DNA of 59,956 nt, counting the filler. It is 5 parts of 5 records of this genome, joined end to end, with 100 filler letters (N's around TTAATTAATTAA, not from the genome) between each part and the next. Parts side by side here need not be neighbours in the genome. Positions count along the whole stretch, not along the records: positions 1 to 8,118 come from DRR723986_10855; positions 8,219 to 14,761 come from DRR723986_10865; 3 more parts are not named here. One strand, 5' to 3'. Shown here piece after piece: positions 1-9,488 of this stretch (positions are counted from its first letter, which is position 1; the number at the start of each line of letters is the position of its first letter). The position numbers and the translations under genes were made by a program. The notes beneath the pieces were generated by a model. That model did no database searches and was not told where the DNA came from. It saw only the letters and a list, made by a program, of their open reading frames with translations.

Positions 1-176
1 CCCGAATGGACAACCTATTGAAAGATCACAACTAGTCGTCAACGCCCTCCCCCCAAAGCCTGAGACCCGCTTGAATGGCGATAGGCGTGCAGAATGCGTG
101 ATAATGTTTTCTGAACTCGAAATTCCAATGAAATAAAAGGTTTGCGACACCTGTGCATATATTGGATGGAGAAGTA

Positions 177-2432
177 ATGCCTGACTTGTCCTCCCCTACG
201 CCCCTCGCCTCAGCTCTGTGCTCCCTCGCCTTTCTGGCCGTCATGGCGCTTGCCTATATGGCCATCTTCCTTTTGCGCGGAAACCGCAGGCACAAGACGA
301 AAAAACCGGGCATGCTTGATGCTGCGATCGCATCATTTCGAAAATCGGATAAAGCGCTCGTGCATGGCTTTTCCTGGGTCACCGGCACGCGCTATCGCAG
401 TCGATACCAGCGGCTTCCGGTCCTGCTTTTCTATTTTCTCATCATAACGGCTGCGGGCGTCTACCTGCCCTGGCCATACAGCATGGCTGCGGTCGGGTTC
501 GGCCTGTTTTCGATCTTCATCGTGTTCCGCCACTGGTCGAGGGACGAGGACGAGGCTGTTGAGAGCGTCCCCTTCGAGCGCAAGAATATCCCTATCAACG
601 GAACGCTCGGCGCCGAAGTCCTCATAGCATCCGGCTTCCTGTTCGTGTTCGCCCCGATCGCTTTCGCCCAGCTCCAGGCCCACGCGCTGGGCTTTACACT
701 GGAGGAGGATGCCGGGCCATTTGCATTCCTCGTCTACACACTGATCGAAACCGTCAAAGCCGGTTCGCTGGTTGACTATTATGACCTCTATGCTGGCGGC
801 ATTGGCTTCGAGAAGATCGGCGCGCCGACCGATCCATCCAGATGGGCGAAGGGTGCCATCATCCTGTATCGCATCTCGCTCAATCTGTTGCTGTTGGCCG
901 CACTGAAGCGCCTGATCGATGTCGCCAGGCGACGGGCAGAAGGGGCAGACCTACGAGCCGTGATAGAAGCGCTACGTGCAACAGACGCGGGCAAGCAGGA
1001 AGCGGCGATCGCGACGCTTCGCGAATTTGCCCTGCGCGGGCGCGGAAATGCCCGAGACCTTCTGGAACAGGTCGCTGAGCCCCGGCAGTCCGAAGGCTGG
1101 CCTGTCCATCCCGATACAAGATACAAGGCTGCGTCAGCCCTGCTAGATTACGGTACCCAGCGCGGCGGCGCGAGCGCCCTCTATGCGGCTGCAGACGGCT
1201 ACCGAGCCCTGATGCGCGAGGGATATGACAACGAAACCGACGCAAAAAAATGGCGCGCGGCCGCGCACAATCTTGGCAATACGCTGGTCCAGCTTGGCCA
1301 GCAAATCGGGGATCCCGAACGCCTGCGGGAAGCAAGAGAGATTTATTCCTCTATTCTAGCCTCCGATGATGAGACCTTCTCATCTGCGTCACGACTTAAC
1401 ACGCGTATCGTGCACGCGAATGTCCAGGCCGATCTTGCCATGATGACGGGCGAGCGCGCTGATCTTGATCGCGCCGTTGAAGCTTATCGCGCCGCCATTT
1501 CTTCGGCCGAACCGGACGCCGACAAGCACGCCCTTGCAATGCTGCAGACCAATCTTGGCGCAACGCTCGCCGACAGTGCAGAAATCGGCGGAGATACAGT
1601 TCTTATCGAGGAAGCAATTGCGTCCTATCGTGCTGCCCTGGCAGACCTCTCCCCCGGGACTGATCCTGAGACTTGGTCCATGACCCAGAACAATCTTGGC
1701 AATGCACTCGCCGATCTTGGCAAATGGACAGGCGAAACAGCGCCGCTTGTTGAGTCGCTCCATGCCCACAGGCTAGCGCTCAGCATTCGGACAAAGACGT
1801 CCATGCCCTTGCTCTGGGCAATGTCTCAAAACAATCTCGCCAATGCCCTGAGCCGCCTTGCCCGGCTGGACAATGAAGTTGCCCGTCTGCACCAGGCCAT
1901 TTCGTGCTACAAGGACGCTCAGTCAGTCTACCAACGGGAGCAGTTTCCCGCGGACTGGGCCTGGACGGAATCCCTGCTCGCCTCGGCACTGATCGACCTG
2001 GCCAGCATGTCATGCGATGTCAAATATTTCGAAGCAGCCCTCATCTGTTGCGATGGCGCGGCGAGCAGCTATCAGGCGGCAGACATGCCCGGCAGGATGG
2101 CCTGGGTCAAAGGACTCAAAGGAAATGCCTTCGTAGGACTGAAACAGTTCGAAGAGGCAGCTCATTGCTATCGGGAGGCGTTATCCTGGCAGACGCTTGA
2201 AAACGCAGGCGACGACTGGGTCCTCTCGATCAATAATCTGGCGGCCTGCCTTTATGAGACAGGCAAAGTGGCGCAGGCGCATTCTATACTCGAGGAAGCC
2301 CTCAGCCGGCTTCCGGACGACCCCCGCCTGCTTGCTACCAAGATCGCCATGGGTCCTGACGCCTACGGACAAGCGACAGACCTCATGGCAAAAGCAGAAA
2401 AGGATGCGGCCTCTCACCTACGCAATGATTAA
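177..2432 (+). CDS. Membrane-anchored tetratricopeptide-repeat (TPR) protein
   Basis: The N-terminal third has several hydrophobic segments. The C-terminal part has repeated TPR-like units (AAHNLGNTL, LQTNLGATL, WSMTQNNLGNAL, WAMSQNNLANAL). ATG at 177 follows GGAGA; the ORF track starts at 153. Confidence 0.75.
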   Translation: MPDLSSPTPLASALCSLAFLAVMALAYMAIFLLRGNRRHKTKKPGMLDAAIASFRKSDKALVHGFSWVTGTRYRSRYQRLPVLLFYFLIITAAGVYLPWPYSMAAVGFGLFSIFIVFRHWSRDEDEAVESVPFERKNIPINGTLGAEVLIASGFLFVFAPIAFAQLQAHALGFTLEEDAGPFAFLVYTLIETVKAGSLVDYYDLYAGGIGFEKIGAPTDPSRWAKGAIILYRISLNLLLLAALKRLIDVARRRAEGADLRAVIEALRATDAGKQEAAIATLREFALRGRGNARDLLEQVAEPRQSEGWPVHPDTRYKAASALLDYGTQRGGASALYAAADGYRALMREGYDNETDAKKWRAAAHNLGNTLVQLGQQIGDPERLREAREIYSSILASDDETFSSASRLNTRIVHANVQADLAMMTGERADLDRAVEAYRAAISSAEPDADKHALAMLQTNLGATLADSAEIGGDTVLIEEAIASYRAALADLSPGTDPETWSMTQNNLGNALADLGKWTGETAPLVESLHAHRLALSIRTKTSMPLLWAMSQNNLANALSRLARLDNEVARLHQAISCYKDAQSVYQREQFPADWAWTESLLASALIDLASMSCDVKYFEAALICCDGAASSYQAADMPGRMAWVKGLKGNAFVGLKQFEEAAHCYREALSWQTLENAGDDWVLSINNLAACLYETGKVAQAHSILEEALSRLPDDPRLLATKIAMGPDAYGQATDLMAKAEKDAASHLRND

Positions 2433-2656
2433 AAAATCGTATCATTGCCCCACACCCATTCGGGCGAATGGCGGCTGCCACGCAGAAGCAGAATAATCTG
2501 ACTCGAAGGGAAAAGGTTCGCAGTCGAGCCTCAAAGCCAAGGGCATCATTCTAGACTAAAGCCCGATGGTCTGGATTTTGACCAGAGGCTCGGGTCCAGC
2601 GGCGCAACTTGATTCCAAAGAAGGCCAGTCCCTGCCTACAAGGAGAAGAGTTCAGC

Positions 2657-2908
2657 ATGAGACATGAGCGTCGCCAAAAGACCCTGAAATCCGGACGTCT
2701 AATCTACAATTTGGGCCGGAGTTCGCTGAACGTGCTGATATCCAACCAGTCTCCTACCGGCGCCCGGCTAAAACTGGGCATAGTGTGGCCAAGCCCTGAC
2801 ATATTCGACCTCGAACTTCACCCGCCTGGTTCCAACAGTTTCATAACCCGCCGTTGTGAGCGAATTTGGCAAAGGGGATTCGAAATCGGGGTCCGATACC
2901 TGAACTGA
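2657..2908 (+). CDS. Single-domain PilZ protein (putative c-di-GMP receptor)
   Basis: RxxxR-type motif (RHERR), NQSPTG matching (D/N)xSxxG, C-terminal WQRGFEIGVRY. AGGAGA lies upstream of ATG 2657. Confidence 0.75.
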   Translation: MRHERRQKTLKSGRLIYNLGRSSLNVLISNQSPTGARLKLGIVWPSPDIFDLELHPPGSNSFITRRCERIWQRGFEIGVRYLN

Positions 2909-3014
2909 TCAAAAACGGCGCCTGAATACCATCCTAGTCTGATCAATTGCCTTGGATCGAAAATAGTTTCTCCCGATTGAATTTCATCAGCCATTAATTC
3001 AAGGGCCAGCGAAA

Positions 3015-3254
3015 TCAAAAGTTCAAAAATGTTCCCATGTAAAGGGCAACATTAATGACCTCATCGACTACCAACCGCGCGAACAACAGGATTGCCGCCC
3101 AACAAATCAAGCTTAACGGAACAATCAGCCTAGGTGAAATAACCGCAGACCGAGTACTGTGTTGCTTATCTAGAAAACCAAATCGCCTCATAAAAAATGC
3201 CCCGACCTCCATGCCATGAGCATTTTTTATCATCGCATTGCAAACTCGTTCCAA
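3015..3254 (-). CDS. Small hypothetical membrane protein
   Basis: 79-aa ORF with one hydrophobic stretch (LIVPLSLICWAAILLFA) filling the gap between the PilZ genes. Start uncertain. Confidence 0.35.
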   Translation of the reverse strand: MERVCNAMIKNAHGMEVGAFFMRRFGFLDKQHSTRSAVISPRLIVPLSLICWAAILLFARLVVDEVINVALYMGTFLNF

Positions 3255-3375
3255 TCACCCAAGCAGGTTACCCGCTCCATGTAGTGAAGCCCCCCCACCA
3301 AATGGGGGAATATAACTCCCTCATTACCCGAACTATCAAAAGCTAATAGAAGATCTAACCCTCGGTGACAATCAC

Positions 3376-3678
3376 ATGCCGCTTACGGCTCCGAAACGAA
3401 AGTCCGTCCCCTCCAATCGCAGAGCGGAGTTGCGAGAAGACACGTTGCTTTCAGGCCGAATTACCTACAATAACGGCGCGACTTCAATGTACACGTCAGT
3501 GGTCAACCTATCACGCAATGGCGCAAAACTAAGACTACGGCTCCCCTGGCCCTGCCCAAAAAAATTCGAGCTCGAAATTCGCCAGCCCGACGTTCTCACA
3601 CCAACATTACACTGCTGCTCCCTGCGGTGGCAAAGCGGACCAAGTGTCGGCGTTCAATTTGATGCGCCCACCTTATAG
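3376..3678 (+). CDS. Single-domain PilZ protein
   Basis: RRAELR (RxxxR), NLSRNGAKL ((D/N)xSxxG), C-terminal WQSGPSVGVQF. Visibly similar to 2657..2908. Confidence 0.75.
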   Translation: MPLTAPKRKSVPSNRRAELREDTLLSGRITYNNGATSMYTSVVNLSRNGAKLRLRLPWPCPKKFELEIRQPDVLTPTLHCCSLRWQSGPSVGVQFDAPTL

Positions 3679-3727
3679 CCTGGATCGAGGCGCACCGCCC
3701 ATCCGACAGGCCGCAGCAAGTTGCCAA

Positions 3728-4372
3728 CTATAACAAGCCCCTGCGCATTGCCTCGACCGCAAATTCAGTTCGATTGCGTACTGAAAATTTTGTCATAATG
3801 GACTTGGTGTACACCTTGACCGTCTCCGGTGAGATTTCAAGACATAACGCGATTTCCTTGTTTGACAGTCCACGCGCCATATGAAGCGCCGTCTCCAGTT
3901 CGCGTCGGCTCAATCTGGCAAGCACTTCGTCTTCTCGAACCTGAGGACCATCTTGCTCGGCCACCCTGTCAAACCGATTGTTGATAATGTCAACCACACC
4001 GCTCAGGAGGTCCGCGCCCGAACGATGCTTAGGGATAAACCCAGCTATGCCGGCACGAAGGGCCGTAGCAATCTCCGGCCCCGTGGCAAGGCCGGACATC
4101 AATATCACCGGGCATCCGTCAGCTGCCTCAACAATTCTTTTTATACTGTCTGGGGCTTCCATTCCCGGCATTCTCAGATCCAGCAACACCGCATCGAACC
4201 GGTTGCCACACGCCAGCTCCTCGACAACGACGCCGGCGTCGCTGACATGCGTCACGGCACACATCGGCCAACTGGATTTCATGAGGCTTGTGAGCGCATC
4301 AGCAAACAAAGCGTGATCGTCTGCTACCAACAGCCGATCTGGGACGAGCTCATGATCGCAGCTCTCGCTCAT
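3728..4372 (-). CDS. NarL/LuxR-family two-component response regulator
   Basis: Receiver motifs LLVADDH, VLLDLRMPG, GFIPK; C-terminal LSRRE...GLSNKEIA...ISPETVKVY HTH. Start probably 4372 or 4387, not 4666. Confidence 0.9.
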   Translation of the reverse strand: MSESCDHELVPDRLLVADDHALFADALTSLMKSSWPMCAVTHVSDAGVVVEELACGNRFDAVLLDLRMPGMEAPDSIKRIVEAADGCPVILMSGLATGPEIATALRAGIAGFIPKHRSGADLLSGVVDIINNRFDRVAEQDGPQVREDEVLARLSRRELETALHMARGLSNKEIALCLEISPETVKVYTKSIMTKFSVRNRTEFAVEAMRRGLL

Positions 4373-4796
4373 GGACCCACAATTCATCTCCACGGTGTAC
4401 CCTTCTCTAACGCACGCTTCTTTGAGGCGTTGGAGCAAACTTGAACAACTCCATTTCCTCGAATTTCTCATTTCTGCCGCAGGAAACCCACCCGATGCAT
4501 CTCGCACCGACGCATGGTCGTCTTCTTGTACTCGAGGAAAGCCCGGGGAGCTGTTTCGATCCTGCGGTACGGGAAAAGGGATGATCACACATTTCGTCAA
4601 GGCACCACCTACAGGCCTACTCGGTTTATTTACTATGGCGACTCTAGCAAAAGAGGCATCGCCCATTCGGGTTATTCCGCAGCGTTAACTGCGCCACCCC
4701 GGGAACATCGTGTGGTTAATTCTGGACAGAAAGTCGGAAAAGGCGTTGTTCGCCCCTGCCCTCAAAATAGACAGACGCAGAAAATTCAAGCTTGCC

Positions 4797-7742
4797 ATGG
4801 ACAAAACTTTAGACGGACTCAAAGCTGCCTTTGACAGGCTCCGGTCCTTGCGCCCGGAAACAAATAATACCGGTCACATCTCTGCGCTTGCGCAATTCAT
4901 TGCGCCGCTGACCAAACTTCTGCTCGCGCCTCCAGGCGCAACTGCTGATGCCCTGCAAGCGGCGGGGGCGGCCCTAGGAGAGGCTGCAGATATCGAATTT
5001 ATCGAAATCCTCCGGTTCTCGGAACGTAACGTTCTGGAGCAGGATCTCGCATGGGCCCCCGAAGATATCAGAATGAGCGCAGCGGCGAGTGCACCCTCGA
5101 TCACTCCGGCGGATCTGGCACTTTGTGAGAAGCTCTCTCGCACGACCCTATATGACGACGTTCAGCAAATGGACGAAAAATGCTGCCTGAAACAACACCT
5201 GACTCAATTGCGCACAAAATCCGTCCTTGTTGTTCCGCTCCCCGGGGTCGAGACCACCTCAGGACTCGTGATTTTTGCGTCTATAGCCCGACAACGTGAC
5301 TTCACCGATGAAGAAATCCTGATCCTCCAGGTCATTTCGAGTTTAATCGGAAGTCTCCTTATCCGTCGTGATACAGAGCGAATGGTAGCGGTCGCTCAGT
5401 CGGAGCTCCATACAGAAAAGACAAGGCTACAGGAGACGTTAGGCGCACTTCCTGACCTGGTTGTCGAATTGGATAACTCTGGCCGCATGACCAGCTTCTA
5501 CTCTCAGACAATGGCGTCGCTCGTCGAAAAGCCGGAACGGTATATAGGCGCTTCCCCGGAAGAGGCACTTCCCAAAAGAGTCGCAAACACCATTCGATCG
5601 GCCCTGCAGGAAGTCGACAATACCGGATCGAGTGAAGGCAAACGTTTTCATCTGCGCCTGACAGACCAGCGGCACTGGTTCTCTGTATCCGGATCACGTC
5701 TACACACCCTGAACGGCGATGGGGAGCCTGGCTATCTATTAGTGATCCGAGACCGGACTGCAGAGCATCATCGAACCAAGGAACTTCGACGCCTCAGCGA
5801 CATCGTCAAGCGCACGTCCAACATGATTGTTGTAACCGACGCAGACAGGCGAATCGATTGGGTTAACAAAGCTTTCGAAACACATACCGGTTACAAGCTC
5901 GAAGAGATCAAAGGACTCAATCCCGGAAAACTGCTACATGGGCCCGAAACTGACAGAAATTCTATAGCGGCCATGAGCACCGCGCTGAATGAAGAGCGCG
6001 GCATTGAACTGGAAGTCCTGAACTACACCAAAGACGGGAAGCCTTTCTGGCTGGAAATGGATATTCAGCCTTATCACGACGAAGCAGGAAACCTTTCCGG
6101 ATTCATGGCTATACAGTCCGATGTCACCGAACGGAGAAAACTGATCTCGGAACTGAAAAAGGCTGAAAAGAAAGCTCGGGCGGATCAAGCAGTGGCGATG
6201 GACGCATCGCGCGACGGAATCGCGATCACGGACAGTGACGGCAATTTCGTCTACATGAACCAGGCACATATGGAAATGTTCGCCATCGCTCAGGAAGAAG
6301 ATATCCTGGGACAGAACTGGAGCCGCCTCTACACGCCCGAAAGAGCAGCCCTGATCAACCAGTTTGCTTTCCCCCAGCTCCTGGACACTGGCGGCTGGAA
6401 AGGCGAGATCGCCGGATGTCGTTTTGATGGCACTACAATCGAACAAGAAGTTTCTCTGACCCTAAAAGATGATGGCGGAATTGTATGCATAACCAGGGAC
6501 ATAGGAGACCGTCTTCGCGCTCAGTATGAACGTAGCCGACTGCGCGACGAATTGCAGATTGCACAGAGGCGGGAAATCATAGGACAGATGGCCGCCGGTC
6601 TTGCCCATGACTTCAATAATCTGATTGCATCCATATCGGGTTCTGCCTCGCTCATACTGGGCTCCTCTGATCAACAAATCATTGGTCATGCCGAGCGCAT
6701 TCAACTTGCAGCCACCAAAGCTACAGAACTTGTACGGCGAATGCAGGATGTTGGCGCAAGAACCCCGTCCCGAAGGCGGATCGAGCTCAATGCTGCGCTG
6801 CACGAGGTCACCGACCTGGTTCAATCCGGCCTTTCCAGCGAGATCACCATCACGATTCCGGATGATTTGCCTGAACTATATCTCGATGCCGATCCTACCG
6901 ACTTTCTCCAGGTCATACTCAATCTGGCGATCAACTCCCGAGACGCTCTGCAACTATGTCGCCGAGAACATCCTGAAGTTATTATTTCCATGGATCATGT
7001 ATCAGGGGCGCACATCAGCAAGGACGCATCTGTTGGCCGGGTATATGACGACTTGGACTACGTCAGGGTTTCAGTCTGCGACAACGGACCTGGTATTCCT
7101 TCCGACATTCGCGACAAAGTTTTTCAGCCGTACTTTACAACAAAAGGTTCACGCGGCAGCGGACTTGGACTAACCGTCGTCGCCAGCATAATTGAGGCAT
7201 ATGACGGAGTCATACAGATTTCAAATGACGAAATCGATGGGAACCGGATCGACGTCTTGTGGCCAACCTCGCCCCCCGTCTCGGCACAACTCCCAACTTC
7301 ACTCAAAGGATGCAAACTTACTGGACGACTTGATGGAAAAGCGATCCTCCTGGTCGATGACAGTGAGGAGTTACTCCGCGTATTAAGCATTTTTCTCGAA
7401 CGCGCTGGCGCTGAAGTTTGTGTTTCCTCAAATCCGATTGACACACTGGAAGCCATCAAAAGCGCTCCCGAGGACTGGGATCTTCTGATCACTGATTTTG
7501 ACATGCCGCTGATGAATGGTTCAGACCTCGCCAGAGAGACCAAACGAATTAACCCTGAGCTTCCAATTGTACTCATTACAGCCCTGCCGGACTGGCGCGG
7601 CAGGGCCGGACGTAGCTCGGGGCGCGACTTTCTTGCGGTCCTGGGAAAACCAGTTCAAGCATCAGAGCTGGTTGAGACTGCAGAAATTGCAATTCAATCA
7701 GGAAGCAATGCCAAACCACAAACAAGTCAGAATGACGCCTAG
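4797..7742 (+). CDS. Hybrid sensor histidine kinase (GAF-like, three PAS, HisKA, HATPase, receiver)
   Basis: H-box GLAHDFNNLI, N-box NLAINSRDA, DNGPGI, FTTK, GSGLGL, receiver ILLVDD...ITDFDMP...GKP. No obvious transmembrane helix. ATG 4797 preferred over GTG 4710. Confidence 0.9.
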   Translation: MDKTLDGLKAAFDRLRSLRPETNNTGHISALAQFIAPLTKLLLAPPGATADALQAAGAALGEAADIEFIEILRFSERNVLEQDLAWAPEDIRMSAAASAPSITPADLALCEKLSRTTLYDDVQQMDEKCCLKQHLTQLRTKSVLVVPLPGVETTSGLVIFASIARQRDFTDEEILILQVISSLIGSLLIRRDTERMVAVAQSELHTEKTRLQETLGALPDLVVELDNSGRMTSFYSQTMASLVEKPERYIGASPEEALPKRVANTIRSALQEVDNTGSSEGKRFHLRLTDQRHWFSVSGSRLHTLNGDGEPGYLLVIRDRTAEHHRTKELRRLSDIVKRTSNMIVVTDADRRIDWVNKAFETHTGYKLEEIKGLNPGKLLHGPETDRNSIAAMSTALNEERGIELEVLNYTKDGKPFWLEMDIQPYHDEAGNLSGFMAIQSDVTERRKLISELKKAEKKARADQAVAMDASRDGIAITDSDGNFVYMNQAHMEMFAIAQEEDILGQNWSRLYTPERAALINQFAFPQLLDTGGWKGEIAGCRFDGTTIEQEVSLTLKDDGGIVCITRDIGDRLRAQYERSRLRDELQIAQRREIIGQMAAGLAHDFNNLIASISGSASLILGSSDQQIIGHAERIQLAATKATELVRRMQDVGARTPSRRRIELNAALHEVTDLVQSGLSSEITITIPDDLPELYLDADPTDFLQVILNLAINSRDALQLCRREHPEVIISMDHVSGAHISKDASVGRVYDDLDYVRVSVCDNGPGIPSDIRDKVFQPYFTTKGSRGSGLGLTVVASIIEAYDGVIQISNDEIDGNRIDVLWPTSPPVSAQLPTSLKGCKLTGRLDGKAILLVDDSEELLRVLSIFLERAGAEVCVSSNPIDTLEAIKSAPEDWDLLITDFDMPLMNGSDLARETKRINPELPIVLITALPDWRGRAGRSSGRDFLAVLGKPVQASELVETAEIAIQSGSNAKPQTSQNDA

Positions 7743-8118
7743 TTGATTTGCCCCTCCCCAAAGGGGTTATTGATGAGCTTTGAGAACAACTGCAGTGTCC
7801 GCTTTGTCGGCACTGCGGAAACTCCCAAAGTATTTTCACTTTGATTTGCGTAAGTGACGGAAACCGCTCCTTTGGAACCTCCATACGGAGCGCTCTGGCA
7901 GTGCTGACACCCCCTCCAGCAGGGGACCATTGCTCAATGGTAAGAAAGCTTTCGCCCGACAGGACAGTCGAATGCAATTTCCAGGAACAATATAACAGAG
8001 ACGCAACATGTTGAGCAGGTCTGAACGAATTGACACCCAAAAAAATGTCGGCCGAATCCTGTCGGCCACGATAAGTGTCCTAAATTCCGTAAGCGGTGCG
8101 TAGGCCTCACAGTTTTTC

Positions 8119-8218
8119 NNNNNNNNNNNNNNNNNNNNNNNNNNNNNNNNNNNNNNNNNNNNTTAATTAATTAANNNNNNNNNNNNNNNNNNNNNNNNNN
8201 NNNNNNNNNNNNNNNNNN
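8119..8218. other. Artificial contig linker
   Basis: 100 nt: N-run, TTAATTAATTAA (stops in all six frames), N-run. Confidence 0.98.
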
Positions 8219-9235
8219 CACGATGATCGTATCAAGGCCCTTGGCAAAGTCTTTGACCGCCGTGTCATCCAGTGGCCAGACCATGCCAACCTTCAATAGG
8301 CGCACCTCGGCATTGCCGATCTTGCCATCCTTGTATCCCATCCCGGCCAATGCCTGCGCCAGATCCTGCCAGGCTTTGCCCGCCGCCACGATGCCAATGG
8401 TCGCGGTTTTGCTGCCGCTGATCTGGTTCAGATCGTTGCTGCGGGCATAGTCCAGCGCGCGTTTGATTTTTTCATCCCAAAGCCTGCGTTCCTGCTCCAT
8501 CAGCGGGGTGAAATGGGTGATGCCGGGGGGCGGTGTATCGGAGGCGGGCAGGGTGATCTGCGGGCTTTCGGGGCCAACATGCACTGATCCGCCGCCCTCA
8601 ACCACGTCGGTGACCAGTTTCAGACCGACCAATGCGCCGGAAAACCGGCTCATCGCGATGCCGTGCAACCCGTAGTCCAGAACCTCTTGGGCATTGGCAG
8701 GGGCCAAAAGCGGCATACCAAGCGAGACAAAGTTATAGTCGGAATAGCAGGCCAGCGTTGACGATTTTGCGCCGTGATCATCACCCACCAACAGGATCGA
8801 CCCGCCTTTGGGGTTGGATCCGGCCAGATTGGCATGGCGCAGCGGGTCAAGCGACCGGTCCATGCCGGGGGCCTTGCCGTACCAGATCGAAAACACCCCT
8901 TCGACCTTGGCGCCGGGGAACAGGCCAACCTGCTGTGCGCCCCATGTGGCGGTGGCGGCCATATCTTCGTTCACGCCCGCCTGAAACACCACGTTATGGG
9001 CGCGCAGCTCTTTCTCGGCGGCCCAAAGTTCCATGTCGTAGCGGCCCATGGGCGATCCGCGATAGCCCGAAATATAGCCGCCTGTGTTCAACCCGGCGGC
9101 GGCATCCCTTTTGCGCTGTTGGAGCGGCAAGCGGACCAGCGCCTGCATGCCGGTCATATAGACCCAGCCTTCATCTTGTGACAGCCGATCTTCAAGCGTC
9201 ATCTCAAGTCTGTTGGTCGGGGTCGGTGCGTTCAT
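8219..9235 (-). CDS. Indolepyruvate:ferredoxin oxidoreductase family protein (N-terminal part, cut by contig end)
   Basis: MTGMQALVRLP, GYISGYRGSP, GVNEDMAATA, WYGKAPG, GDDHGAKSST are typical of the fused proteobacterial IOR family. Confidence 0.9.
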
Positions 9236-9488
9236 GCCAATGGCTCCTCGCTGGATGGGGCGGCATCGTCGCGATCAATTGCGGCGGCGCAGTCCCCGAT
9301 CCTGAAAGTGTAGAAGCGCAACTGTCTTTGCGTCCAGTTTCTTTTGTGACTGTCACGCGGCGTCAGTCAGAACGAGAGAGGGCCATCGAGCCTGCGGAGC
9401 ACCGGGCAACACATTGCCCTATGTCGGCCCGCACAAGGTCGATAAGGTGAAAGGTATAAGCCTAACGTGGGCGCAAGGAAGCCATATC

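Noticed and set aside
4373-4666. N-terminal extension on the LuxR regulator
   Set aside because: No domain-like character; it occupies the divergent promoter region, and the receiver domain starts near 4372.
8163-8174. TTAATTAATTAA recurring four times as a biological repeat
   Set aside because: Always centred in N-runs of the same total length; it is an assembly spacer with stops in all six frames.
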